A stretch of DNA of 64,000 bases from an uncultured Saprospiraceae bacterium (GCA_964645715.1 CAZYAO010000014.1:6894-70893), one strand, 5' to 3'. Shown: positions 32,369 through 42,036, counted from the stretch's first letter. The notes: generated by a model from the letters alone, not told the origin. Program-made: numbers and translations.

Positions 32369-33771
32369 CTTGTAGATTGATGTGAACTGATAGAGCGGGG
32401 AATAAGCCAGAGCTGCTGCTGGCGACCGTCTAAGTACCTGAAAGTACTGCCATCGAAGAAGCCGTCCTCTTCCAGCATGATTCGGATGGTCTTATTCCAT
32501 TCCGGGATAGGAACTGAGACATTCAGTTCGATGGAATAAGCTGTATTTTCAAAAAGCGGATAGTCGCCCGTACCCGGCACATTCTTTTGATTATCCCACA
32601 TTCCAATAGCAGGACCGGCTGCATGCCCGTGATAACCTATGGGATGTGAGTAGATACTGCCCGTGATACCTTCCAGTGCGGCCTGCTGCAGTGCGGCTGC
32701 GAGCATTTCGTTACCTGTTTTTCCTTTGGCGAACTGCGCTGTAAGAATATCCTGCAGCCTGTTGCCCGTCTGCAGCGCCTGCTGAATAGCGGCAGGCGCC
32801 TGTATCTCCCCGGGGCGGAGCACATAGGCATGCTGCTGCATATCTGTATTCAGTCGCAGGTAGGAAATACCAAAATCGACATGCAGTAAATCGCCCGGCA
32901 TGATTACCTGCAGCTCGGGTCGGCGTGAGAAAGTACGAAGATGATCAAAGTTTTCAGGATCTGCCCGTTGCACGTCTACTGTAGGATGGAACCAAGTATC
33001 CAGCCCCAGTTGACGGACGCGATTGCGGTACCACCAGACAACATCTTCCGTAGTTGTGACCCCAGGTTGGATTGCCACTTCAGATAGTCCCTCTGCAACA
33101 ATCAGGTGAGAGAGGTGAGCTATATGTTCATAGAGAACCATTTCCTTCTCCGTGCGAGTCTCCAGCCAGGCGATGGCCAATTTTTCGGCTGACACCACCC
33201 GTTCCCTGTAGTTTTTTGGCAGATATTGCATGAGCAGTGCGTATTCTGTCTGCACCAGTCCATCAGCAAGACCATAGTTATCTGAAATATTGATACCGAT
33301 ACGCTTTGGATTTCTGCTGCTGATGATCTCCAACAGCGCCTCCCATTGATCCGGGAAGACATTGAGATCCCAACTAGCCTTCAGCAAACCCACGTCATAG
33401 CGACTGATAGCTAATTTTTCCAATGGTTTATCTGGCCCTGCGTCAAAAAAAACCATCACAGTCCGCCGGCGGGCAGAAAGCCATTCGGCGGGCAGCATGG
33501 TTCTCATTACAGGATCTTCATTATACTCCCGGGAAATGACAATCCACATATCAATACCTTCCCGTCGCATCAACTGCGGCAGCAGCGTATTGAATCTATC
33601 TTCGAGTAATTCATTAATGACTTTAGCCCTGGCCCTTTCGTCCAGTACCAGCGGCTGTGCTGAAGCGACGCCAGCCAGCATGACCAACACCAGGCAGATT
33701 ACAAAGCCAACGGAGAAGCAGCCCGTTAGTACGAACCGTGCACTACTACAGAAAAAGGAGTGAGCAGACAT
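32365..33771 (-). CDS. M24-family (Xaa-Pro aminopeptidase-like) metallopeptidase, secreted
   Basis: Signal peptide present. Pita-bread-fold metal-ligand contexts are seen: HVDFG, HPIGYHGH, SIELN and MLEED. Confidence 0.6.
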   Translation of the reverse strand: MSAHSFFCSSARFVLTGCFSVGFVICLVLVMLAGVASAQPLVLDERARAKVINELLEDRFNTLLPQLMRREGIDMWIVISREYNEDPVMRTMLPAEWLSARRRTVMVFFDAGPDKPLEKLAISRYDVGLLKASWDLNVFPDQWEALLEIISSRNPKRIGINISDNYGLADGLVQTEYALLMQYLPKNYRERVVSAEKLAIAWLETRTEKEMVLYEHIAHLSHLIVAEGLSEVAIQPGVTTTEDVVWWYRNRVRQLGLDTWFHPTVDVQRADPENFDHLRTFSRRPELQVIMPGDLLHVDFGISYLRLNTDMQQHAYVLRPGEIQAPAAIQQALQTGNRLQDILTAQFAKGKTGNEMLAAALQQAALEGITGSIYSHPIGYHGHAAGPAIGMWDNQKNVPGTGDYPLFENTAYSIELNVSVPIPEWNKTIRIMLEEDGFFDGSTFRYLDGRQQQLWLIPRSISSHQSTR

Positions 33772-34223
33772 ATAATCGTTGGTATTTCATTGTATACGCC
33801 GGACAACAATGCCAGCCCGCCCCCTGTCAGGCAACCCGACAAGTATTGAGGGTACAAAGCAAAGCCCCGACAAATGATCAAAGAAGTTAGCTGACGGAAA
33901 AATAACATTTTTTACGCAAAGCCACCCTGATTTTCATTGTGTACATGCGTAAACAAACTAAATCGGCCCGATAATCCATTGTTCCAGGCACCCGACCTAG
34001 CTGCCATAATACCTCCCAAGCCTTTTGTGTACGGCCACTTCATCAGAGTTCAACAAAAATAAACAAGCCAGTCATTTTGTTGAACTTTATTCAACACTAT
34101 TCCGCTCAAGGCTACAGCACAAAACACAGAATAACAAATTAAAAATGCCTTAATGTATTAATTACACACATCAACAAAAATAATTCTTACAGTTTTTTCT
34201 AAAATTTTTGAACATTAAAAATA

Positions 34224-34231
34224 TATCTTTG
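34224..34231 (+). promoter_or_regulatory. -7 box TAtcTTTG upstream of blh
   Basis: Exact match ending 78 nt upstream of the blh ATG. The nearest TTTG is only 13 nt upstream, so spacing is poor. Confidence 0.25.
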
Positions 34232-34309
34232 TCTTATCACTTAGCCAACATTAATTACACCCTCTAACGTAATTGTGAATAATAATTTTTAATCAGCAGA
34301 TAAATTCAA

Positions 34310-35281
34310 ATGATTCCAGCCTATACATTCCATTCACCCGTTGTGAGCAAGCTTGCGAGGTTAATCACCTTGTTTGCTATCTTTCTGGGGGTATTTGGGC
34401 CGGTACTGGCGGGAGAGAATGCCGTCAGCTGGATAGTATTGGTGATTATCTTATTGGGCATTCCCCATGGAGCCTCTGACTACCTTGTCTTCAGGTTATT
34501 CGTCAAATCAGATCAACCACAGTCGGTCAAGTGGACCTTTTACAGTTACTATTTGGCGGCGATTATCGGTTACGGACTCTTATGGTACTTTTATGCCCAA
34601 TGGGCGTTTGTTTTGTTTGTCTTGGTATCTGTTTATCATTTTGGCCAGTCGCACTGGCACGCGCTTGCGTTCAGCAATCGATGGCAGGCAAGACTTGTAT
34701 ACCTATTGTGGGGAGGGTTTGTGCTTGGATTTCCGATTCTCATACATCATGAAGAGGCCGCCACCATTGTTGCTGAAATTACAGGAAAGGCTTATGTATT
34801 GGACGATGGTGTCAGGCGAGTATTGATTGGACTCTCTTTCTTTGGCAACGTAGTTATGCTCAGCCACCTAAATGAGCGCTCGATACTGAGCGACGATGCA
34901 TTTGCTGGTGAGCTTGCCAACCTCTGTCTCTTAGCTGCCTTATTTTCATTTACACCGCTATTGGTGGGATTTTCGATTTACTTCGTTGTGTGGCACTCTT
35001 TGGCTGCAACCCTGGATCAGATAGGCATATTTCGTCGGCTTTACAAAGGTGCTTATAGTAGTCAGATGTACTTGCGACAGATCGTACCCATGTCACTGCT
35101 GGCGATTGCCGGCTTGGTGGCACTTGGCTACTACCAATATCAGTGGGCAGCCCAGCCCTTGGGGTGGGGCACACTTTTCCTTTTCATCTCCATCATTACG
35201 ACTCCGCATGCCATTCTGATTGATCGGCTGTATGAGCGAGCGCTGGTTATCAGAAACGGATCTTCAGAAGTAAAACAATGA
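34310..35281 (+). CDS. blh: Brp/Blh-family beta-carotene 15,15'-dioxygenase (retinal synthesis)
   Basis: 323-aa polytopic membrane protein with four His-containing motifs: GIPHGASD, VYHFGQSHW, VVWHS and TTPHAIL. It lies directly upstream of a rhodopsin gene. Confidence 0.85.
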   Translation: MIPAYTFHSPVVSKLARLITLFAIFLGVFGPVLAGENAVSWIVLVIILLGIPHGASDYLVFRLFVKSDQPQSVKWTFYSYYLAAIIGYGLLWYFYAQWAFVLFVLVSVYHFGQSHWHALAFSNRWQARLVYLLWGGFVLGFPILIHHEEAATIVAEITGKAYVLDDGVRRVLIGLSFFGNVVMLSHLNERSILSDDAFAGELANLCLLAALFSFTPLLVGFSIYFVVWHSLAATLDQIGIFRRLYKGAYSSQMYLRQIVPMSLLAIAGLVALGYYQYQWAAQPLGWGTLFLFISIITTPHAILIDRLYERALVIRNGSSEVKQ

Positions 35282-35318
35282 TTTGCATTTATTAACCAAA
35301 TATAAAATACCACTCATT

Positions 35319-36050
35319 ATGGATTCTATGGTTACTTTCCAAACGCTGTTACTGGCAAATCTCAAGTCAGGCGACTATGTAGGTTTCACCTTTTTCATTG
35401 GCTCAATGGCCATGATGGCAGCATCTGTATTTTTCTTTGTTGAAATGTGGAATCAGGAGAGCAAGTGGAGAACCTCCCTGCTCGTTTCCGGTTTGATTAC
35501 CTTCATCGCAGCGGTTCACTACTTCTACATGCGCGACTTCTGGGCAGAGAATCAATCTTCTCCCACGGAGTTTCGTTACATTGACTGGATTCTGACAGTT
35601 CCGCTCATGTGCGTAGAGTTCTACCTGATTCTGAAGGCATTTGGTGCCCGCATCGGTCTGATGTGGAAGATGATTGCCTACAGTGTACTGATGCTCGTAG
35701 CCGGTTATCTGGGCGAGACTATGTTCCGCGACCAGTCACCACTTTGGGGTTTCATTTCGACTCTCGGCTATGTAGGTATCCTGTATGAAGTATGGATGGG
35801 ATCCGCTAAGAAGTTGGCGACGAACTCATCAGATCCGATACTCCAGAAGGCATTCAGCACACTCGGATGGTTCATTCTTGTAGGTTGGGCGATCTACCCA
35901 ATCGGCTACATGGCCATTCCTGAGTCAGGCTGGCTGAGTGGCGTACTGAATGTACAAAGCATGGACGTAATCTACAACATTGGTGACGCAGTCAACAAGA
36001 TTGGATTTGGATTGGTCATTTATTCTTTGGCTGTACAGAGCAAGAAATAA
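35319..36050 (+). CDS. Proteorhodopsin-type light-driven proton pump
   Basis: The 243-aa protein aligns along its whole length with green proteorhodopsin as I recall it. Shared segments include FFFVE, KWRTSL, VHYFYM, FRYIDWILTVPLMCVEFYLIL, GWAIYPIGY and GDAVNKIGFGLVIY. The DTE motif is D89/T93/E100 and the Schiff-base Lys is K227. Start taken at ATG 35319. Confidence 0.92.
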   Translation: MDSMVTFQTLLLANLKSGDYVGFTFFIGSMAMMAASVFFFVEMWNQESKWRTSLLVSGLITFIAAVHYFYMRDFWAENQSSPTEFRYIDWILTVPLMCVEFYLILKAFGARIGLMWKMIAYSVLMLVAGYLGETMFRDQSPLWGFISTLGYVGILYEVWMGSAKKLATNSSDPILQKAFSTLGWFILVGWAIYPIGYMAIPESGWLSGVLNVQSMDVIYNIGDAVNKIGFGLVIYSLAVQSKK

Positions 36051-36071
36051 GACACAAACAGCGTTATGTGG

Positions 36072-36103
36072 GCATATAAGCAGTCTTTGGTCTGCTTATA
36101 TGC
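36072..36103 (+). terminator. 12-bp hairpin just after the rhodopsin stop
   Basis: gcatataagcag-tctttggt-ctgcttatatgc, with no T-tract. Confidence 0.4.
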
Positions 36104-36136
36104 GCATCATATAGCGTATCGTTGTGATGACCCTTC

Positions 36137-36170
36137 GCCATCCCGCACTCACTGCGGGATGGCTTTATTT
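36137..36170 (+). terminator. Intrinsic terminator after the blh-rhodopsin unit
   Basis: gccatcccgca-ctcac-tgcgggatggc, followed by tttattt. Confidence 0.65.
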
Positions 36171-36235
36171 ATAATATAATCTACTCGTAGCAGTGGAATG
36201 CGCGCGCCTGCGGGCGCAAAATTGTCAACAATGCT

Positions 36236-36243
36236 TACCTTTG
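36236..36243 (+). promoter_or_regulatory. -7 box TAccTTTG upstream of cysS
   Basis: Exact match downstream of the rhodopsin terminators, ending 96 nt upstream of ATG 36340. Confidence 0.25.
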
Positions 36244-36339
36244 CATGGATGGCGGGATTTCCCCCCGAAAGCTCCACTGATTATATTGTGAACAATCCAC
36301 TTCAACGAAGCAGCTACCGGAGTGGAAAACCAAGTGAAG

Positions 36340-37836
36340 ATGCAATCGAAACTGACGCTGTACAACAGCCTTAGCAGGACAAAAGAAGTATTTCAGCCGC
36401 TGGTAGAGGGCTATGCCGGCATGTATGTTTGCGGCCCGACGGTATACAATGATGTACATTTGGGCAACTGCCGCACCTTTGTCAGCTTCGATGTAATCTA
36501 TCGCTACTTACTCCATTTGGGCTACCGTGTCCGCTATGTACGAAACATCACGGATGTGGGCCACCTGACCGACGACGGTGAGGACAGGATGGCTAAGGGC
36601 GCGCGCATAGCACAGCTAGAGCCTATGGAGGTTGCACAAAAGTATACAGTAGGGTTTCTCGACATGATGCGCATTTTCAACACCCTCCCACCCAGCATAG
36701 AGCCACGGGCAACAGGCCACATTCCGGAACAGATAGAGATGGTACAAACCATCCTTGACCGCGGGTACGCCTATGAGCGCAACGGCTCCGTCTACTTCAA
36801 TACTATCAAATTTGCGCAGGAGAACCCAGGTCTGTACGGCAAGCTTTCGGGTCGCGTATTGGAGGAACTTATAGCTGAGAGTCGCGATAACCTCAAAAAC
36901 CAGGATGAGAAGGCACACCCTGCCGACTTTGCCATTTGGATGAAAGCGCGGCCGGAGGACATTATGGTATGGAATAGCCCGTGGTCTGTCGGATTTCCGG
37001 GCTGGCACCTCGAGTGTTCGGCCATGAGTACAAAATACCTCGGAGAAACCTTTGACATTCACGGGGGCGGCAACGACCTCAAGTTTCCTCACCACGAGAA
37101 TGAGATTGCCCAGAATGTGGGGTCCTGCAGTCATGCGGGAGCACGTTACTGGCTGCATACCAACATGTTGCTGCTAAACGGCAAAAAAATGTCCAAGAGC
37201 GACGGCAACACCATTTCGCCGACACAGTTATTCAGTGGTGACAGCCCGCACGTGAGCAAGGGATACAGTCCCATGACCGTCAAATTTTTTATGCTGCAGG
37301 CCCACTACGGCAGTCCGCTGGATCTCACTGATGAGGGTCTGCAAGCAGCAGAGAAAGGATACCGGCGGCTTATGGAGAGCTACAAAACGCTACAATCGCT
37401 CACCTCCCCTTCCGTTGCTGCCGTCAGCAGCGACCTCGATCGAGAAATCAACGACCTGATTGAGGCTGTATATACGGAGATGAGCGATGACTTCAACACA
37501 CCCAAGGCGATGGCACGTCTCTTTGAACTGGTCACCCGCATTAATAGTCTCAACGGAGGTCAGCTTTCTCTGGCGGATGTGTCTGCGGTCACCCTTGAGC
37601 GACTGAAGGAAACTTTCACTGCATTCATTGATCAAGTCTTCGGTCTCAAAGATGAAAGTGATGAAGCCTCACAGTCAGGTGTGCTTGATGATATTATGCA
37701 GGTTCTCATCAACCTTCGACTACAAGCAAGAGCCAACAAAGACTGGGCAACCTCTGATAAAATCCGGGATGAACTAAAAGAGGCGGGCGTCATACTCAAG
37801 GACAGCAAAGAAGGTACGAGCTGGACGCTCGCATAA
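36340..37836 (+). CDS. cysS: Cysteine--tRNA ligase
   Basis: Class I HIGH-like motif (NDVHLGNCR) and KMSKS (KKMSKSDGN). Start taken at ATG 36340; the ORF track uses GTG 36322. Confidence 0.94.
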   Translation: MQSKLTLYNSLSRTKEVFQPLVEGYAGMYVCGPTVYNDVHLGNCRTFVSFDVIYRYLLHLGYRVRYVRNITDVGHLTDDGEDRMAKGARIAQLEPMEVAQKYTVGFLDMMRIFNTLPPSIEPRATGHIPEQIEMVQTILDRGYAYERNGSVYFNTIKFAQENPGLYGKLSGRVLEELIAESRDNLKNQDEKAHPADFAIWMKARPEDIMVWNSPWSVGFPGWHLECSAMSTKYLGETFDIHGGGNDLKFPHHENEIAQNVGSCSHAGARYWLHTNMLLLNGKKMSKSDGNTISPTQLFSGDSPHVSKGYSPMTVKFFMLQAHYGSPLDLTDEGLQAAEKGYRRLMESYKTLQSLTSPSVAAVSSDLDREINDLIEAVYTEMSDDFNTPKAMARLFELVTRINSLNGGQLSLADVSAVTLERLKETFTAFIDQVFGLKDESDEASQSGVLDDIMQVLINLRLQARANKDWATSDKIRDELKEAGVILKDSKEGTSWTLA

Positions 37837-37874
37837 ACACAATCATCAACGCAACAATTGACTCGCAGCACTCT

Positions 37875-38747
37875 ATGTCAGTTACCATTCATAAAAATAT
37901 CGAATTGGAGGGCGCCCGCGGGCAGGCGGTACTGGTAGATCTCTATCACCCTGCCCACCAGTCGGGGCTTCCGACCGTCATTTTTGCGCATGGTTTTAAG
38001 GGATTTAAGGACTGGGGCGGGTGGGATCTTATTGCCCGACACTTTGCCAGTGCAGGTTTTGCCTTCCTCAAATTCAACTTTTCGCACAACGGCGTCACCT
38101 GCGACAACCTCAGCTACCATACAGATATTGAAGCCTTTGGGCACAACAACTACAGCAAGGAACTAGCGGACTTGGACAGTGTCATCAATTGGGTAACCCA
38201 TGGCATTGAGAACCTACCTGCTGAGGTATGTGATCCGGAGCGAATTTGTCTCATTGGCCACAGCCGGGGAGGAGGCATCAGTATTATTAAGGCTTCGCAG
38301 GACAGCAGAATAAAAGCGCTCATCACCTGGGCCGCCGTCGGTACGCTGGACTACGCCTGGCAGGAGCCGAGTTTCATTGATCGCTGGCGCGCCGAAGGCT
38401 TCTATGAAGTACAGAATCACCGGACCAAGCAGCGCTTTCCTATTTATTTTCAAATGTACCAGGACTTCATTGCGCACGAGCTTGCCTACGATACCCAGGC
38501 AGCCATAGCATCTCTTCAAATTCCTATATTGATTTTGCACGGCACAGCCGACGCCTCCATACCCCACGAAGCCGCGCTTCGACTAGCCTCCTGGCAGCCC
38601 GCTGCAACGCTCAGGCTGTTGGAAGGAGCCGATCACAGTTTTGGCATGACGCACCCACTAATCACCCAACAACTGCCTGCGGATACAGAAAAGATAGTTG
38701 ATTACAGCATTGAATTTCTGCGCCAACACATGGCCGACGGGAGCTAA
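37875..38747 (+). CDS. Alpha/beta-fold hydrolase
   Basis: Nucleophile elbow GHSRGG, an HGTAD segment and a C-terminal His (GADHSF). Confidence 0.7.
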   Translation: MSVTIHKNIELEGARGQAVLVDLYHPAHQSGLPTVIFAHGFKGFKDWGGWDLIARHFASAGFAFLKFNFSHNGVTCDNLSYHTDIEAFGHNNYSKELADLDSVINWVTHGIENLPAEVCDPERICLIGHSRGGGISIIKASQDSRIKALITWAAVGTLDYAWQEPSFIDRWRAEGFYEVQNHRTKQRFPIYFQMYQDFIAHELAYDTQAAIASLQIPILILHGTADASIPHEAALRLASWQPAATLRLLEGADHSFGMTHPLITQQLPADTEKIVDYSIEFLRQHMADGS

Positions 38748-38808
38748 TTGTTGGCTATGAAAATCAGTTTTTAGCCACTTCACTTCGCACATACCTATTA
38801 GAAAGAAG

Positions 38809-41800
38809 CTAGTTGGTAGTGCCCGTTCGAACCTCAACCACACTAGCCCGCCAGGGGAAATGTACCCGGTAGCCTACAATTTTTCCGGGCGAGGCGGCCT
38901 GCAATGCCTCTCCAGCCAATGACAACCAGGCACCCAAGTCCCTGGCGTTCTGCTCGATCTGGTCACCAATAACGGTAGCATCCAGGATAATCAACCGCCC
39001 CTCCGGCAGGGTAATTACCCAGTCAATAACTGCTGAAAACAACTGTCCCCCTTTAGGATAGACCAGCGGAAGGCGGCGCTCTACAGACAAGGCCCCTTGC
39101 GCACCCAGCCACTGTTGCCACTGCATTGAAAGCCGGCAGAGCGCGGCAGCATCTACTTCCGGCGGCGGCGGCTCTGCAGACAACAAGCGATAACGTTCAA
39201 TCATTGCATCAGCGAGGTCCATTCTTTCCGACACCTCCAGCAGCACATCATCAGCCATAAGCCACTGATTGATCAGTTTGAGCCACACCCCAATTTCCAC
39301 CAACGGCATTCCCCCCAGCGGCTGACCATAGGCAACTACCTGTGCAGTGTAGAAAGTACGGCCATACTTTTCTGCATACCCAACAGGATCCAACCGATAC
39401 TCATCGTGGGACAAAGTTCCACTACCCGCCTCCGGGAAGAAAGGCAGCTCGGCAGGCAGCGGTGCTCCCGCTACTTCCTCTGCTGCCGCTACCCGGTTTT
39501 TCGTATCCTTGGAGAGGAAGCAGCCAGCCCAATCCCAAGGCGTTTCATCGGTAAGTGGATCCAGTACAGGAATAGATTCATCCCCTTGGTTAAACACTCG
39601 GTTGAGCCACTTAGTATCGGCCGTACTGGTCGGGAAAATTTGATAGTCCCTTGCTCTGGTGAGGCCTACATAGAGCAGTCGAGCCTCCTCTTCCAGCGCC
39701 TGTTTTTTCTTAAGCACCTTCCAATGACTTTCATCGACACGCTGTTGCAGCGGTGTCCCGCGCATATAGGTATCATAAGGAAAAGTCCAATACCGGATCC
39801 AGCGATTGGCCAGAATGTCATGAAGCTGTGGCGTTTCATTTTCGGCAATCAGTTCGAGGCCCCAGACCTCTGCTTTGAGTGCACTATCCAGATCGCACGC
39901 AATGACAGCCGGCCACTCGAGGCCTTTACTTTTGTGATACGTGAGTACATTGACAGCCTGTGGACTCTCCCCTGCACCCTGTGCATCCTCTGCCCGGCGC
40001 GCGCGTTGGCCCAGCCAAAGCAAGAACCCACCCAGCGAAGCTGCTGATTGCATTTGATTACAGCTCACCTCATAGTCCAGCGCGAGGCGGCGAAGCTGAT
40101 CTATATTGGCCAGTCGCTGCGACGCCTGTCCCCAGGCCAGCACGATCTGCTCCAGTGCAAGATCTTTCCACACACGGTGCAGCAGCTCAGCACTTGACAA
40201 CTGCCCCGTCAGGGGTCGAAGCGCATTGAGGCGTGCGATAAAAGGATCCTCCTCGGCCCACCGCAGCGAAGGATACCTCCCCTGCCCCTCCACTTTTTCC
40301 AGATAGCTAAGTCTGTCATCGACAATTTCCTGCAGCGGCTTACGCGCAGCCAGCAATTGAATTTCTGCATTGGAAAGTGAGTCCTCCTCATTGAGGAGAT
40401 ACTTGAGGCAAGCCAGTACGAGGCAAGCCTCCGGCGTTGACAACAGGCCCTTGCGGGGCAAGGCGGCCTGCAGGCCAGCCGTATGAAGTGCAGCGGCCAT
40501 TTTTTCACAATTGCTGTTGTTGCGGCAGAGAATAGCAATATCTCCGGGCACTGCCCGGCGCAACTTTTTGGTATCGCGATCCTCCACCAGCGGCCCATCG
40601 TTTAGCCATTCCGCAATAGCCTGCGCGACACGTTCATACGTCCAGGCCGCTGCGGGAGCCCTTTTTCCCCCATCCTCTTTGGTAAAATGCCAATGCACGA
40701 GCGCCCTACCCTGTCCTGTGGCATCTTGCCGACGAGGGTTGAGTGCCACCTGGTCGGCTGGCAGCGATGAAAAAGCCTTGGTAAAGATAGCATTTGCTGC
40801 GAGTACCAGATCGGAGCGGGAACGCCAGGAGTCGGTCTGAATATTCTCCGGCCGTATGCCCCCGGTAGCCTCGACGATAGCCTGCATGAGTGCCGGCTCT
40901 GCCCCCCGAAACCCATAGATTGACTGCTTGGGATCCCCTACCCAAACGCTATTTTTGGCCAGTCGCGACAATTTAAGAAAAATACTCAACTGTATAGGAC
41001 TGGTATCCTGAAACTCATCCACCATCAGCAGATCGAGCTCATCCTTCAGCACTGCCCTGACTTCCTCCCTGTCCAGCAGCCGATTGACCAATACCTCCAT
41101 GTCGGTATAGTCGATTAATCCACGGCGATGCTTATAGGAAGCGTACTCCCGAAGTGCGTCGATTGCCATTTGAAACAACAGGTACGCGAAGCGGAATATG
41201 TCCTCCTGGAAGGCCCCCATCTCCTCGTGGCGGTTTGCGAAAGCGACCAGATCCTCCACCAAGCCTGCACTTTTGACACTAGGCTCCAGCTTAGCAATAC
41301 GCGCCCACTGATGCCAGAAGAGCTCCTGTCGCAGTTCGTACTCGCGCAATGAGGCCCTGAGCAGACTCAGCACATCCGCTGTTTTTTTGGTAGCATCCTT
41401 ACTTTCCGCAAGCGCCTCAATACTCTCACGCAGCAAAGTTGCCAGCCGCCGGTGAGCCACCTCTACGGTCAGGGAAGGGTCGACGGCCGGCAACAGCTGC
41501 CGGTAGGTCTCCGCCGATTTTTGGCAGCTGACAGAAAGCCCCTCCAGAGAAATATCGTTGGCGCGAGCGAGATCAGCGATAGCCCTCAGCTCCCTGCGCC
41601 AGTCAAAGCTACCCCCTTTAGCATTATACCCGAGGCGATCGCAGAGCAGATCCATCTCCTCAATTAGCTCCATGGAAAGAGAGGCGGATAAACTCTGGTT
41701 GAAAATTAGCTGCTCGTCCCCCTCCGGTAAAATATCCACCAATGGCGAGACCCCCGCCTCGAAAGCGAAGCGCCGCAACAACTTGATTCCAAGTCCATGG

Positions 41801-42036
41801 ACAGTACCGATAAGCGAATTGGACAGCGCGTCTGCTGCTTGTGGCATATTGGCTGCGAGCAGCCTCACCCGCAACCGTTCCTGCAGCTCAGCTGCAGCCT
41901 TCCGGGTAAAAGTAGTTGCGATGATGCCCGAGGGGCGGACCTGGCCGGACGCCAACAGACCCACGAGCTCCGAGGTAAGGCGAAAGGTTTTTCCGCTACC
42001 AGCGCCAGCGGAAATAATTTTAAAATTATCGTACAT
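38809..42036 (-). CDS. UvrD/Rep/AddA-like SF1 helicase with a C-terminal nuclease-like domain
   Basis: Helicase motifs are present: I AGAGSGKT, II VDEFQDTS, III VGDPKQSIYGFRGA and VI LLYVGLTRARD. A C-terminal region of about 250 aa carries an IDWV...IILDAT pattern. Confidence 0.85.
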   Translation of the reverse strand: MYDNFKIISAGAGSGKTFRLTSELVGLLASGQVRPSGIIATTFTRKAAAELQERLRVRLLAANMPQAADALSNSLIGTVHGLGIKLLRRFAFEAGVSPLVDILPEGDEQLIFNQSLSASLSMELIEEMDLLCDRLGYNAKGGSFDWRRELRAIADLARANDISLEGLSVSCQKSAETYRQLLPAVDPSLTVEVAHRRLATLLRESIEALAESKDATKKTADVLSLLRASLREYELRQELFWHQWARIAKLEPSVKSAGLVEDLVAFANRHEEMGAFQEDIFRFAYLLFQMAIDALREYASYKHRRGLIDYTDMEVLVNRLLDREEVRAVLKDELDLLMVDEFQDTSPIQLSIFLKLSRLAKNSVWVGDPKQSIYGFRGAEPALMQAIVEATGGIRPENIQTDSWRSRSDLVLAANAIFTKAFSSLPADQVALNPRRQDATGQGRALVHWHFTKEDGGKRAPAAAWTYERVAQAIAEWLNDGPLVEDRDTKKLRRAVPGDIAILCRNNSNCEKMAAALHTAGLQAALPRKGLLSTPEACLVLACLKYLLNEEDSLSNAEIQLLAARKPLQEIVDDRLSYLEKVEGQGRYPSLRWAEEDPFIARLNALRPLTGQLSSAELLHRVWKDLALEQIVLAWGQASQRLANIDQLRRLALDYEVSCNQMQSAASLGGFLLWLGQRARRAEDAQGAGESPQAVNVLTYHKSKGLEWPAVIACDLDSALKAEVWGLELIAENETPQLHDILANRWIRYWTFPYDTYMRGTPLQQRVDESHWKVLKKKQALEEEARLLYVGLTRARDYQIFPTSTADTKWLNRVFNQGDESIPVLDPLTDETPWDWAGCFLSKDTKNRVAAAEEVAGAPLPAELPFFPEAGSGTLSHDEYRLDPVGYAEKYGRTFYTAQVVAYGQPLGGMPLVEIGVWLKLINQWLMADDVLLEVSERMDLADAMIERYRLLSAEPPPPEVDAAALCRLSMQWQQWLGAQGALSVERRLPLVYPKGGQLFSAVIDWVITLPEGRLIILDATVIGDQIEQNARDLGAWLSLAGEALQAASPGKIVGYRVHFPWRASVVEVRTGTTN

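Noticed and set aside
35583-35618. Possibility that the rhodopsin is a sodium (NDQ) pump, a chloride (NTQ) pump or a sensory rhodopsin
   Set aside because: The helix C motif reads D-T-E (D89/T93/E100) with the proteorhodopsin-type His. There is no adjacent transducer gene. All of this points to a proton pump.
36616-37158. 180-aa minus-strand ORF antisense to cysS. Similar antisense ORFs lie at 15281-15946, 10494-10997, 54859-55392, 56633-57268 and 39406-40047.
   Set aside because: Each overlaps a strongly supported gene on the other strand, and none has a recognisable domain.
38825-38833. gttcgaacc, resembling a tRNA T-arm/T-loop
   Set aside because: It lies inside the helicase CDS, and I could not fold a cloverleaf (acceptor, D and anticodon arms) around it.
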